Made by a program: the position numbers and the translations under genes
In this document: in pieces, positions 17,803 through 26,056 of the stretch
Layout: every line of letters starts with the position of its first letter
Numbering within the stretch: the stretch's first letter is position 1
Notes under the pieces: generated by a model
Told to the model about the DNA's origin: nothing
Databases searched by the model: none
The model's input: the letters and a program-made list of their open reading frames with translations, nothing else
IMG/VR virus record: IMGVR_UViG_3300042196_000409
Source: a virus
Length of the DNA: 64,000 nt
Direction: 5' to 3' (one strand)

Positions 17803-17827
17803 CGCACGTCATCATCGTCGACTTCAC

Positions 17828-17898
17828 GCCTCCGTACGTGGACGTGACCCGAGTTTCCGAAGCTTGGTGGGCTGGTTCAAATCCAGCCGGAGGCACCA
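17828..17898 (+). tRNA. atypical tRNA-like gene with encoded CCA (possible 9-nt anticodon loop)
   Basis: Perfect acceptor GCCTCCG/CGGAGGC followed by A-CCA. T-arm GCTGGTTCAAATCCAGC. Core folds only with stem CCGAG/CTTGG around the loop tttCCGaag. Confidence 0.35.
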
Positions 17899-17901
17899 TA
17901 C

Positions 17902-17973
17902 GTCGGTGTCGTTCAATGGTCAGGACCACGGCCTTTCACGCCGTAGATACGAGTTCGATTCTCGTCGCCGATA
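17902..17973 (+). tRNA. tRNA-Glu(TTC)
   Basis: Perfect anticodon stem ACGGC/GCCGT. Loop ctTTCac. T-arm ACGAGTTCGATTCTCGT. Confidence 0.55.
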
Positions 17974-17994
17974 CGATCTTCACGCACGTGCCAG

Positions 17995-18174
17995 CTACAC
18001 GCGTTTCATTTTCTGCGCTGTGTGCAGCGCGACGCTCAACATCCACGAGCTAAGGCCGAGACCCGCATTCTTCGCGGTCTCAGCCAATGCTTTTTTCTGC
18101 GCTTCTGTGACGCGGATGAGGATTCCTTTGTTCTTGCGTCCGGCCTTGCTGCGTTTCGGTTTCTTCGCCGGCAT
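17995..18174 (-). CDS. ribbon-helix-helix (CopG/MobC-like) DNA-binding protein, 59 aa
   Basis: Manual translation MPAKKPKRSKAGRKNKGILIRVTEAQKKALAETAKNAGLGLSSWML.. gives a basic N-tail then a beta-strand/helix RHH pattern. Not in the ORF track (<60 aa). Confidence 0.45.
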   Translation of the reverse strand: MPAKKPKRSKAGRKNKGILIRVTEAQKKALAETAKNAGLGLSSWMLSVALHTAQKMKRV

Positions 18175-18184
18175 GTCGTGATAG

Positions 18185-18325
18185 CGCTTGTATAGCGTTA
18201 AGCGCGCGCTGTCAATCTGACGCCCCGCGCGCGCAGGATTGACTCCGCTTGCGAATGGATATACAAACGCTAGCGTTGAATGACAGGGCGCGAACGCGCC
18301 GTTGTTTGTTTTGCTAGACGAGGTG
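18185..18325. promoter_or_regulatory. divergent promoter region between the RHH gene (-) and the Ro60-like gene (+)
   Basis: Plus strand: TTGACT, 15-nt spacer, TATACA ahead of the 18330 start. Minus strand: TTGACA, 15-nt spacer, TATACA ahead of the 18174 start. GC-rich inverted repeat GCGCGCGC..GCGCGCGC. Confidence 0.35.
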
Positions 18326-18329
18326 CGCG

Positions 18330-20249
18330 ATGACGACAGCAGAGAAGTTGGGACCTGCGGAGAAGATTCTCCAGACGCTCCTGAATCACACGGACCACAT
18401 GGTCCACAACCGTCCCGGCATGGTGTCGCCGGATGCTCGTCACACGATCGGTGTGCGCTGGGTGTTCGTCACGCACAAGGAAGAGAACGGCCAGAAGGTC
18501 GTCTACGAGCTGACGAAGGTCGGCAAGAAGACGAACGAGATCCGCAGGGGCGTGATGCGCGCCGACGGCAAGGTCGAGGAGAACGGCAAGATCGTCGGCG
18601 AGTACCGCTCGCCTGGGCTGTTTCCCGAGGTCGCCGCCTGGATGTATCGCCAGGTCGCTGAGGTGTGGAAGATGGACAACGAGTTCGCGGCGCGCTGGGC
18701 GTCGTACGCGTTTGGCCAGGAGCACCGTGACCTCAAGGTCGTGCTCGCGGCCTTCATGCTCGTGCAGACGCGCAAGGGCGATCCCGTGCTCGACGGGGGC
18801 AAAGTCGCGTTCTACGACGACGACTTCCGCGACATCGGCGAAGCCATGATGCTTATCCACCGTCGGGACGGAAAGGATCTGAGCCCGAAGCTCCTGGTCC
18901 GCGTCCACGACCTTCTGAAGGTGCCGGGCGTCGCGGCCATCAACCGCGAGCTGGGCTTTGGTAACTCGGCGCGTCGCCCGTTCCTTGGCCGTTGGTCGAA
19001 GGCGGTCGAGAAGTGGCTCCAGTTTCGCGAGGAGAACCCCAGGATGCTCGACGGCCTCATCAAGGCCGGCTTCAAGAGTACCGTGAAGGATCTCGCGCGT
19101 ACGGTCGGCTACAAGCCTCAGACCCCGAAGTTCTTCGAGGCCCTCGGCTGGGCACAGGATCAGGCCAAGGACGGCCGGCGCTCGATCCTCATCGGCGTCG
19201 ATCTGGCCAAGGCCGAGACCTGGAACGATCTGACCGAGGCGCAGATCTGCGAGAAGATCGTCACCGAGAAGCCGGGCTGGAAGCGCATCGTCGGTCTCTT
19301 GCCGAAGAAGCTCGGGGTCACGCGCGCCATCATGAGCGCAGCCGTCGAGTCGAACGCGCTGTCCAACAAGGACCTCATCATTCTCACGCCCACGCTGGAG
19401 GAGCTGGGGCTCCTGGAGGTCAAGGAGGTCAAGGCGAAGTGGGAGCGCGCCCTCAAGAAGGCCGAGGACGACATGCGCGCGGGCAACATCGCGCGCAACG
19501 TGAAGTCCAAGGACGTGCAGGAGCAGCTCCAGGGAGCGGCCGACACGGCGCTCCAGAAGACGATGGAGGTGGCGACGCGCAACATGCGTATCTACGTCCT
19601 CATCGACATCTCCAGCTCGATGCAAGGTGCCATCGAGAGGGCGAAGACGCTGCTCGAGAAGTTCCTCCAGGGCTTCCCGCTCGATCGCACACACATCGCG
19701 ACGTTCAACACGGTGGGGCGCGTGATCGAGATCAAGCACGCTTCGGCGGCTGGCGTGGCCCAGGCATTCAAGGGTTTCACTGCCAGCGGGGGCACGACGC
19801 ACGGTGCAGGTGTGATGGCTCTTGCCCCGTTCCCGCCGAAGGAGGACGAAGACACGCTCTTCATCATCGTTGGCGACGGCGGCGAGAACTTGTCGTTCCA
19901 CACCTACGTCGAGCAGTCCAAGCTGCGTCCGATGGCCTTCGGCTTCCTGATGCTGCCTGGTCAGAACTACGGCGCACCGGAGAAGACGGCGGCACAGCTC
20001 GGCATTCCGTGCTTCAAGATCGAGCAGAACACGTTCGACGACGTCTACGCGATCCCGCGGACCATCCGCGCGCTCGTGGCGGCGACGCCGGTCGGTGCCG
20101 TGGCGCGTGCGGCGGCGACGCCGCGTGTGACGCTCGTCGAGACGATCCTCAAGACGGATCTGCTCAAGAAGCCTGCATGGGCGGCGACGGTCCGTGCGAT
20201 CGCCGCAGCGGACGCAGCACCCGCGGCGACGGCCGCGGCGACGGCCTAG
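18330..20249 (+). CDS. Ro60-like protein (alpha-helical TROVE-like N-region + C-terminal vWA/MIDAS domain)
   Basis: vWA MIDAS DISSSMQG..TASGGTTHG..IIVGDGGEN at residues ~415-560. ~410-aa helical N-region. Architecture and size match Ro60/Rsr; the TROVE assignment is inferred. Confidence 0.55.
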   Translation: MTTAEKLGPAEKILQTLLNHTDHMVHNRPGMVSPDARHTIGVRWVFVTHKEENGQKVVYELTKVGKKTNEIRRGVMRADGKVEENGKIVGEYRSPGLFPEVAAWMYRQVAEVWKMDNEFAARWASYAFGQEHRDLKVVLAAFMLVQTRKGDPVLDGGKVAFYDDDFRDIGEAMMLIHRRDGKDLSPKLLVRVHDLLKVPGVAAINRELGFGNSARRPFLGRWSKAVEKWLQFREENPRMLDGLIKAGFKSTVKDLARTVGYKPQTPKFFEALGWAQDQAKDGRRSILIGVDLAKAETWNDLTEAQICEKIVTEKPGWKRIVGLLPKKLGVTRAIMSAAVESNALSNKDLIILTPTLEELGLLEVKEVKAKWERALKKAEDDMRAGNIARNVKSKDVQEQLQGAADTALQKTMEVATRNMRIYVLIDISSSMQGAIERAKTLLEKFLQGFPLDRTHIATFNTVGRVIEIKHASAAGVAQAFKGFTASGGTTHGAGVMALAPFPPKEDEDTLFIIVGDGGENLSFHTYVEQSKLRPMAFGFLMLPGQNYGAPEKTAAQLGIPCFKIEQNTFDDVYAIPRTIRALVAATPVGAVARAAATPRVTLVETILKTDLLKKPAWAATVRAIAAADAAPAATAAATA

Positions 20250-20256
20250 CTTCGTT

Positions 20257-21195
20257 ATGGGGTGGCGCGATTTACTCCAGACGGGCGACGAGAAGGTGAC
20301 CCTTCCGTGGCTTGGCGGCAGGACGCTCTACTCCACTGCGCAGCGCTGGTCGATCGAAGGGCGCCTCCCGAAGGACTACGGGTGGCACACGTTCAAGATC
20401 GCCAACCGGGAAGCTCACGCACAAGGGCCAGCTGATCCGCAACCGGATCTGCTTCAGCATTCCGTGCGCGGTTACCTGGTTGGCGATCGCATCGTCGCGG
20501 ATGACGTCCGTGTCGATCCAGATCCCAAGGGCATCGTGAATTTCTCCGAGACGGTGTTCCTGCTCGACGAGGGCATCGATCGGTTCGCGCGTGTGCGCGC
20601 GGGGCGCATCAACAAGGAGGGCCCGCTGGTCTACCAGGGCCTCGAGATGCCGCTCGGCCAGGAGGACGCCGTGCTCGAAGCTTTCCTCGAACAGAAGACG
20701 TCGGTCGCGGACATCAAGAACGTACCGCCGGGGCTCGATGCGGCATTCCGCATGGAGAGCTGGCAGCGCGCCGAGGCCGAGCGTCGCCGCATCGAGCTGG
20801 AGCGCATCCGTTGTGAAGAGGAGGAGAAGCGTCAGAAGGAGGAGCGTCGCCAGGCGCTCGTGAAGAAGCTCGGGGACGGTGAAGGCCGTCGCGAGATGGC
20901 GCTCCACGACTTCGACGCTGCGGCACGCGCAGCACTCGCGGTGGGCGGCGCGGTCTTCCTCGACGCGAAGTCTGTGCGCAAGAACGAATGGGCGGTCCGC
21001 TACCGTATCGGTAACGACCGCCAGCGGTTCGAGTGCGTGTGCAACGAGCGCCTTCGCATCGTCGACGCGGGCATCTGTCTCGTCAATCACGCCACCGACG
21101 AGAGGGGCGACACTTTCTTCACGCTCGAATCACTCCCAGCCGTCGTGCAGCAGGCGCAGCGCGAGCGACGGCTGGTCATCTTTCGTCACGTGTAA
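20257..21195 (+). CDS. hypothetical protein
   Basis: Internal ATG (MGWRDLL) after an Arg-rich leader. Charged helical middle, ends ..QRERRLVIFRHV. Confidence 0.45.
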   Translation: MGWRDLLQTGDEKVTLPWLGGRTLYSTAQRWSIEGRLPKDYGWHTFKIANREAHAQGPADPQPDLLQHSVRGYLVGDRIVADDVRVDPDPKGIVNFSETVFLLDEGIDRFARVRAGRINKEGPLVYQGLEMPLGQEDAVLEAFLEQKTSVADIKNVPPGLDAAFRMESWQRAEAERRRIELERIRCEEEEKRQKEERRQALVKKLGDGEGRREMALHDFDAAARAALAVGGAVFLDAKSVRKNEWAVRYRIGNDRQRFECVCNERLRIVDAGICLVNHATDERGDTFFTLESLPAVVQQAQRERRLVIFRHV

Positions 21196-21212
21196 GAACC
21201 ACCGGAGGAGTC

Positions 21213-21443
21213 ATGAGCAAACCAAAGTACAAGGTCGGCGACAGCGTTACCATCGACATCGGCTGGGAGCGTGTCGTGCCTCGCAAGGTGCTCATCTCTG
21301 AGGTGCGCGCTGATCACGGCAGACAGGGGGCGCACCGCTATTTTGGAAGTGGTGACGGTGGCGAGCACGGCTTCTACGAAGATCAGATTCTGGTCGAAGG
21401 GCGTGATCGAGTTTCACGCGCGGACTGGGAGGCGCCTCTGTGA
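21213..21443 (+). CDS. small hypothetical protein (76 aa)
   Basis: MSKPKYKVGDSVTIDIGWERVV.. Flanked by a ~45-bp direct repeat that duplicates the 3' end of the upstream gene. Confidence 0.4.
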   Translation: MSKPKYKVGDSVTIDIGWERVVPRKVLISEVRADHGRQGAHRYFGSGDGGEHGFYEDQILVEGRDRVSRADWEAPL

Positions 21444-21506
21444 AGAGGCCGAGCATCGTGCAGCGCGAGCGAAGGCTGGTCATCTTCCGTCACGTGTGAG
21501 CTCACC

Positions 21507-22208
21507 ATGAAGCCCTACTATTTTCGCTCAGGTTTTGGCGACATCGTGCTCGACGATGTTCTCAACAGCACGCCGTGGATCAAGGTCACGGACGCGCGGT
21601 TGGAATGCTTCATGTCGGCACGCACGGAGACGTACACCTACGGCGAAGGCCGCGGCGTTCGGACGTACACGCCCGTTCCGTACTCGCCTCTCGTGGCGGA
21701 CATCCAGCGCCAGCTCAACCGTGACGGCCTGGAGCGCGAGACGCTCGATGACGTCTACATGTACAACGTATGTTTCCTGAATCGCTACGACAACGCGGCG
21801 ATGCAGCTTGGGTGGCACTCGGACGACTCACCGGGGATGGACCACGAGCATCCCATCGCAGTCGTGTCGTTCGGGCAGCCGCGCGAGATCTGGTGGCGTG
21901 AGAAGGGCCAGACCGGAGTCATCCCAGCTGATCAGCGTCAGCTTCTCGAGCACGGCTCCATCTTTGTGATGCCGGCGGGCATGCAGCGCACCCACCAGCA
22001 CCGCATCCCGAAGGGTGACAAGCCGATGGGCTTGCGCGTCTCGCTCACCTACCGGCACTACGACCCCGAAGAGGCATGGCGCGCGACGCACCGTACGCTG
22101 CTTGAGACCGCGAAGTTCGAGACCCAGTCGATGGCTGTCGATCTTCACGTTGAGGTTCACCGCGGCCTTGACGTCGTTCTTGCAAACGCAGCCCAGCCAA
22201 AGGAATAG
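21507..22208 (+). CDS. alkB: AlkB-family 2OG-Fe(II) dioxygenase
   Basis: Fe-binding HxD (LGWHSDD) and distal His (HQHRIP). AlkB-type RVSLTYR 2OG-binding Arg. ~230 aa. Confidence 0.75.
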   Translation: MKPYYFRSGFGDIVLDDVLNSTPWIKVTDARLECFMSARTETYTYGEGRGVRTYTPVPYSPLVADIQRQLNRDGLERETLDDVYMYNVCFLNRYDNAAMQLGWHSDDSPGMDHEHPIAVVSFGQPREIWWREKGQTGVIPADQRQLLEHGSIFVMPAGMQRTHQHRIPKGDKPMGLRVSLTYRHYDPEEAWRATHRTLLETAKFETQSMAVDLHVEVHRGLDVVLANAAQPKE

Positions 22209-22212
22209 GCCC

Positions 22213-22797
22213 GTGAAGTTCTCAGACATCAAGCTCACGGACATCGGCACCACGATCCAGATGGTCGGTGCCGTCTACGCCGACGGAAGTGGCAAGGGCT
22301 ACTACTTCGCCTTTCCGTCGACGAGCGGCGAGGGTGCGAATCCCGAGCACGTCGAGATGACGAACGAGGACTGGAAGGTCATGCTTCGGCAGGCCGACGT
22401 GGTCGAGGTCGAGGCGACGGTGCAGGCCGAGAACGGAGAGCTTCAGAAGGCGATCGTTCGCAAGAGCCAGCGCCAGATCGATTCGCAGGTCTCGTGGAAC
22501 GTCTTTCGGCGGGACAACTTCATGTGCCGTTACTGCGGCACCGAGAAGCTGTCGCTGACGGTCGATCACCTCGTGCGTTGGGAGGACGGCGGTCCTTCGA
22601 TCGAGGAGAACCTTGTCGCGTGCTGCCGAAAGTGCAACAAGGTCCGCGGTGACACGGCGTACGCGGCGTGGCTGCGGCACCCGTACTATCTGGAGAAATC
22701 GCGAAGTGTCTCCGGCGCGTACCAGCAGCTCAACCAGCGTGTTGCCGACACTCTCGCGAACATCCCCCGTGTTCACATCAAGAAGGGCCGCTCATGA
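22213..22797 (+). CDS. fusion protein: unknown N-domain + C-terminal HNH nuclease domain (first gene of the Ubl/JAB/E1 cassette)
   Basis: GTG start. C-terminal CRYCG..LTVDHLVRWEDGG..NLVACCRKCNKVRGD matches HNH. Stop overlaps the next start (ATGA). Confidence 0.55.
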   Translation: MKFSDIKLTDIGTTIQMVGAVYADGSGKGYYFAFPSTSGEGANPEHVEMTNEDWKVMLRQADVVEVEATVQAENGELQKAIVRKSQRQIDSQVSWNVFRRDNFMCRYCGTEKLSLTVDHLVRWEDGGPSIEENLVACCRKCNKVRGDTAYAAWLRHPYYLEKSRSVSGAYQQLNQRVADTLANIPRVHIKKGRS

Positions 22798-23183
22798 TCG
22801 AAGCTGGTGTAGTCATCGACAAGAACGGAAGCCCGCTGTTCTGGCACCTGCCCGAGGGTCGTACCGGAGGGAGCCTTCCCGACAGCCGGACCCTGTGGCA
22901 GGTTCTCTGGGACGCGTTCCAGGAAGACACGCTGCGCGGTTTCGCGCACAGTCACCCGGGCTCCGGCGTTCCCGGCCCCTCGTACTCGGACGTCACGACG
23001 TTCGCGGCCGTCGAGGCCGCGCTCGGCAAGCGCCTCGACTGGTGGATCACCAGCTCGGACCACGTGGTCGAGGTCTGTTGGGCCGGACCGGACAAACTTT
23101 CATACCGCTCCACGATCGTTACGGAGGCACCGTCGTGGGTAGCGGAACTGCGACGCCTCTCTCAGCAAGGACAAGGACAATGA
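22794..23183 (+). CDS. JAB/MPN (JAMM) metallopeptidase
   Basis: JAMM motif HSHPGSGVPGPSYSD (HxHx7Sx2D) with an upstream Glu. ~130 aa. Translationally coupled on both sides. Confidence 0.7.
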   Translation: MIEAGVVIDKNGSPLFWHLPEGRTGGSLPDSRTLWQVLWDAFQEDTLRGFAHSHPGSGVPGPSYSDVTTFAAVEAALGKRLDWWITSSDHVVEVCWAGPDKLSYRSTIVTEAPSWVAELRRLSQQGQGQ

Positions 23184-23521
23184 ACGAGATCAAGGACAAC
23201 GAGGCGCGCGTCAACATCACGTACGGCGGCAAGAACGGCGACCTGCCGGATCCCGTCTTCTTCCAGTCGACGGACGGTGACGTCAAGAATTGGGTCACCG
23301 AGGCAGTCCGTGCCGGCACGGTGCCAGGGCTCGATGCGGCACCGACCGCGGACTTCGGTGACTTTGTCATCGATCGTTTCGCGGCGGACGCGACGCGTCC
23401 CTACAACTTGATCCAGGTCCGGCCGAAGACGCCGTTCGGGTTCGCCTCGTGCGATCACTGCAAGGTGTGCTTCTACCGGGCTCTGGGGCTCGGGTGCTGC
23501 GCCTGCCCGACGAAGAAGTAA
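23180..23521 (+). CDS. small protein, candidate ubiquitin-like/sulfur-carrier precursor (C-terminal ..ALGLG-CCACPTKK)
   Basis: 113 aa. Lies between JAB and E1 genes with ATGA/TAATG overlaps. The C-terminus has Gly-Leu-Gly then a short Cys-rich extension, as in JAB-processed ThiS/Ubl precursors. Fold is unverified. Confidence 0.4.
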   Translation: MNEIKDNEARVNITYGGKNGDLPDPVFFQSTDGDVKNWVTEAVRAGTVPGLDAAPTADFGDFVIDRFAADATRPYNLIQVRPKTPFGFASCDHCKVCFYRALGLGCCACPTKK

Positions 23522-23528
23522 TGCAGCC

Positions 23529-24107
23529 ATGGCCGCCATGATCGTCATCGTCGGCGTCGGAGCTCTGGGCAGTCACCTGGTCCAGTTCATTCGTAACGAG
23601 AAGGTGGACATCCGCATCATCGACTTCGATCGCGTCGAGCAGAAGAATGTGATGTCGCAGTTCCACGGCAAGCCTGGCGTGGGCAAGAACAAGGTCGCTG
23701 CCCTCCAGCAGACGATGGACTTCTTGTTCAAGCGCCAGCTCGCGGTGGTGAGCAACAAGCTCGTCGCCGACAACATCGACGTGCTCATGAAGGGCGCGAC
23801 GCTGGTCGTCGACTGCCTCGACAACGGCGCCTCGCGGAAGCTCGTGCAGGACTACGTGCGCAAGCACAACCTGCCGTGTCTTCACGGCGCGCTCGCTCCG
23901 GGCGGCGAGTTTGGTCGCGCGATCTGGGACGAGAAGTTCGTGATCGACAGCGAGGTCGGTGCGGGTGCGGTGACGTGCGAGGACGGGGAGTTCCTTCCTT
24001 TCATCGCGCTCACGGCCGGGTTCATGGCGCGCTCGATCCAGCTCTTCTTGAAGGAGGAGAAGAAGATCGGATTCTCGATCTCGCCCGTCGGTGTGATCGC
24101 CATCTGA
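23529..24107 (+). CDS. ThiF/MoeB/E1-like adenylyltransferase (short form)
   Basis: Rossmann motif IVGVGALGS. E1-type IIDFDRVEQKNVMSQ (Arg finger and Asp). Ends LPCLHGAL. 192 aa. Confidence 0.65.
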   Translation: MAAMIVIVGVGALGSHLVQFIRNEKVDIRIIDFDRVEQKNVMSQFHGKPGVGKNKVAALQQTMDFLFKRQLAVVSNKLVADNIDVLMKGATLVVDCLDNGASRKLVQDYVRKHNLPCLHGALAPGGEFGRAIWDEKFVIDSEVGAGAVTCEDGEFLPFIALTAGFMARSIQLFLKEEKKIGFSISPVGVIAI

Positions 24108-24301
24108 ACGCTCTTGACAGTGGTTCGTGTAGCCGCTAAGGTCACAACCAGCTCGGCCACCACCCGAGAGTCCTCACAAGCCTTGGGTTCAACTCCCATC
24201 AAATTCCCGCAAGGGGATATGACAGCCAGGCGGTCTTGGCACCTGTCTTGTAAACAGGCTGAAAAGCAACCAGGACTCTCAACTCGGTGGCCAAGTGTTT
24301 T

Positions 24302-24423
24302 GGCGGATAAGGGACGCGGGTCCCACTTCTCTCATAAGGAAGCATCCCGACAGCGGCACTCGTCTTCGCGAGGAGACACCCGTCGAATGTCTACAAGCCG
24401 CTTGGTTCGACTCCAAGATCCGC
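24302..24423 (+). ncRNA. ~120-nt tRNA-like RNA with ~57-nt insertion between anticodon arm and T-arm
   Basis: Acceptor GGCGGAT/ATCCGCC. T-arm CTTGGTTCGACTCCAAG. D hairpin GGGAC-GCGG-GTCCC. Loop ctCATaa. Too long for a canonical tRNA. Confidence 0.3.
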
Positions 24424-24454
24424 CTCTGAGAAGCAGCCATTCCCTAGTGTGCTT

Positions 24455-24526
24455 ACACGCATAGCTCAACGGTAGAGCATCGGCCTACGAAGCCGAAGGT
24501 TGGGACTTCAAAACTCCCTGCATTCA
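24455..24526 (+). pseudogene. degenerate tRNA-Arg(ACG)-like element
   Basis: Canonical D-arm GCTCAACGGTAGAGC and anticodon arm TCGGC-ctACGaa-GCCGA. T-loop is 9 nt and the acceptor strands do not pair. Confidence 0.3.
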
Positions 24527-24567
24527 ACAAAGCACTCTTCACTCGGCTGCCCTCTAATTTCCTGACG

Positions 24568-24598
24568 CAAGAGCCGCGAAAGCGGCTCTTGTCGTTTC
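24568..24598 (+). terminator. rho-independent terminator
   Basis: Hairpin CAAGAGCCGC-GAAA-GCGGCTCTTG followed by TCGTTTC. Confidence 0.55.
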
Positions 24599-25328
24599 AC
24601 GAGTGCGCAGTGTCCCGCGCTATGCTCGATCGCATGGACGGCCACGCCCTTCTCGGACACCTGGCGCTTTGTGCTGGCATCATCGGCGACGGCGGCCCGC
24701 GCGCGTATCGCCGTCGCGGCTCTCCGCTGCTGGAGAAGTATCTGCCTGGCCGTTTCCTTGCTGGACTACGTCCCGAGATTCGCGCTGACGTCGTGCAGGC
24801 CGCGAATACTACGCAGACGTCGCCCGCGCCGTGGTTCTTGCGCCTGGTCGTCGACGAGCAAGAGCACCGCGTCGCGTTGCCTTCGCCGCCGATCGATCGG
24901 CGATGGAGCTGCCGTGGTAGGTGGTCCGCAACACCAGGGATACGGTGAGCTGATCGATGTCACGCATGCCGCTTGTCTCGGTAGTGTTCTACATCGCGAC
25001 GCGCCTCCATCTGGACGGCGATGTCGTGGACGCGAGCATGGTGGAGCTGTTCGGCCGAGCTGGAGTGTATCTCGCGTCACGGCAGCTCGTGGATGACGGC
25101 GTGCACGGAGAGGACACGCGTCCCGAGCTACAGGGCTGAGCGAATGCGGACAAGCGCTCAATGGGCGTTTGGCGCGCTCTTGGACTACTGGGATCGCTGG
25201 AGCTCCGCTCGTCGATCGGTGTGGCTCAAACTTCCGCGGCGTCCTAAATCCGCAGCTCTCACGTTTGCTCTCGCCGCCGTGGCCTCTGTCGCTCCATGCA
25301 CGCCGTTGGTGCGGTACAACCGCTTTCG

Positions 25329-25673
25329 ATGAAGCTCGAGACACATGAAGGACCGATCGCGGGATCGGTGACCGCGGATGTTATCGCTCGAACCGTCGCG
25401 CAGCTCACTGATGTCGGCAAGGCGTACATTATCTTGGATGACGACCGCGATGCCGAGACGTACGTCCAGGCTGCCGGTACCGTCGGTGAGGAGTTCATCG
25501 TCGAGCGTCGTGATGGCTGCGCGGGCGAGCACTACCGGGGTGATCGGCGCGTGACGGCCGACGAGCTGATCACGATGCTCGTCGGCTGCTTGAGCGGTGC
25601 GACGGACTGGAGCCACGGCATCTCGTGGCACCATGTGCGCGTCGACTTCGGCGCTGCGAACGCGAACGCGTAG
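25329..25673 (+). CDS. hypothetical acidic protein
   Basis: Internal ATG (MKLETHEG..). Asp/Glu-rich and protein-like. Confidence 0.4.
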   Translation: MKLETHEGPIAGSVTADVIARTVAQLTDVGKAYIILDDDRDAETYVQAAGTVGEEFIVERRDGCAGEHYRGDRRVTADELITMLVGCLSGATDWSHGISWHHVRVDFGAANANA

Positions 25674-25731
25674 TTGTCGATCCCGGCATGTTCCGCTTTG
25701 GAAGCTAGCTCTTAGACAGGATTGACAGCGG

Positions 25732-26052
25732 TTGCCGCCGTCACTACGTTTTGCAGCGACTTGGGAGAACGCTAAATTGCTCGTCGTCGACGTCGCCGTT
25801 GGCATCGCAATTCTTGGCCTCCTAACGCTGGGAGCTGGCTTCTTGGCCGCCCTGCGCAAGAAGCAGAAGGACAAGGATCCACGGACTCAGGGCGAAGCGG
25901 CTCGCGCGAAGGGCGAGCTGAACGCGCAGCGCATGGAAGTCAACGATGCGATGCGCTGCACGATGTGCGGCAAGGACACGAATCCAGACGTGGACCTGTA
26001 CACCAACAACGTGTGGTGGCATCGCGCCTGTTACCGAAGCGTCATCAGCTGA
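25732..26052 (+). CDS. small membrane protein with C-terminal Cys/His cluster
   Basis: TM segment LLVVDVAVGIAILGLLTLGAGFLAAL, then RKKQKDKD, then CTMCGK..WWHRACY. Confidence 0.4.
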   Translation: MPPSLRFAATWENAKLLVVDVAVGIAILGLLTLGAGFLAALRKKQKDKDPRTQGEAARAKGELNAQRMEVNDAMRCTMCGKDTNPDVDLYTNNVWWHRACYRSVIS

Positions 26053-26056
26053 AAGG

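Noticed and set aside
18055-18095. Hairpin plus T-run (GAGACCCGCATTCTTCGCGGTCTC..TTTTTT) as terminator of the tRNA array
   Set aside because: It lies inside the minus-strand RHH coding sequence. It may still terminate plus-strand transcripts, but this is ambiguous, so it is not listed as a feature.
22213-22540. E2/UBC-like domain in the N-terminal part of the HNH-fusion gene
   Set aside because: No HPN motif and no cysteine before the HNH zinc knuckle, so an E2 assignment is not supportable from sequence alone.
24114-24560. RNase P RNA or group I intron in the ORF-free structured region
   Set aside because: No P4 consensus (AGGAAAGUCCGGGCUCC / ACAGAAACCCGGCUUA-like) or group-I P7 motifs were recognisable. 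tRNA-like or Y-RNA-like modules fit better.
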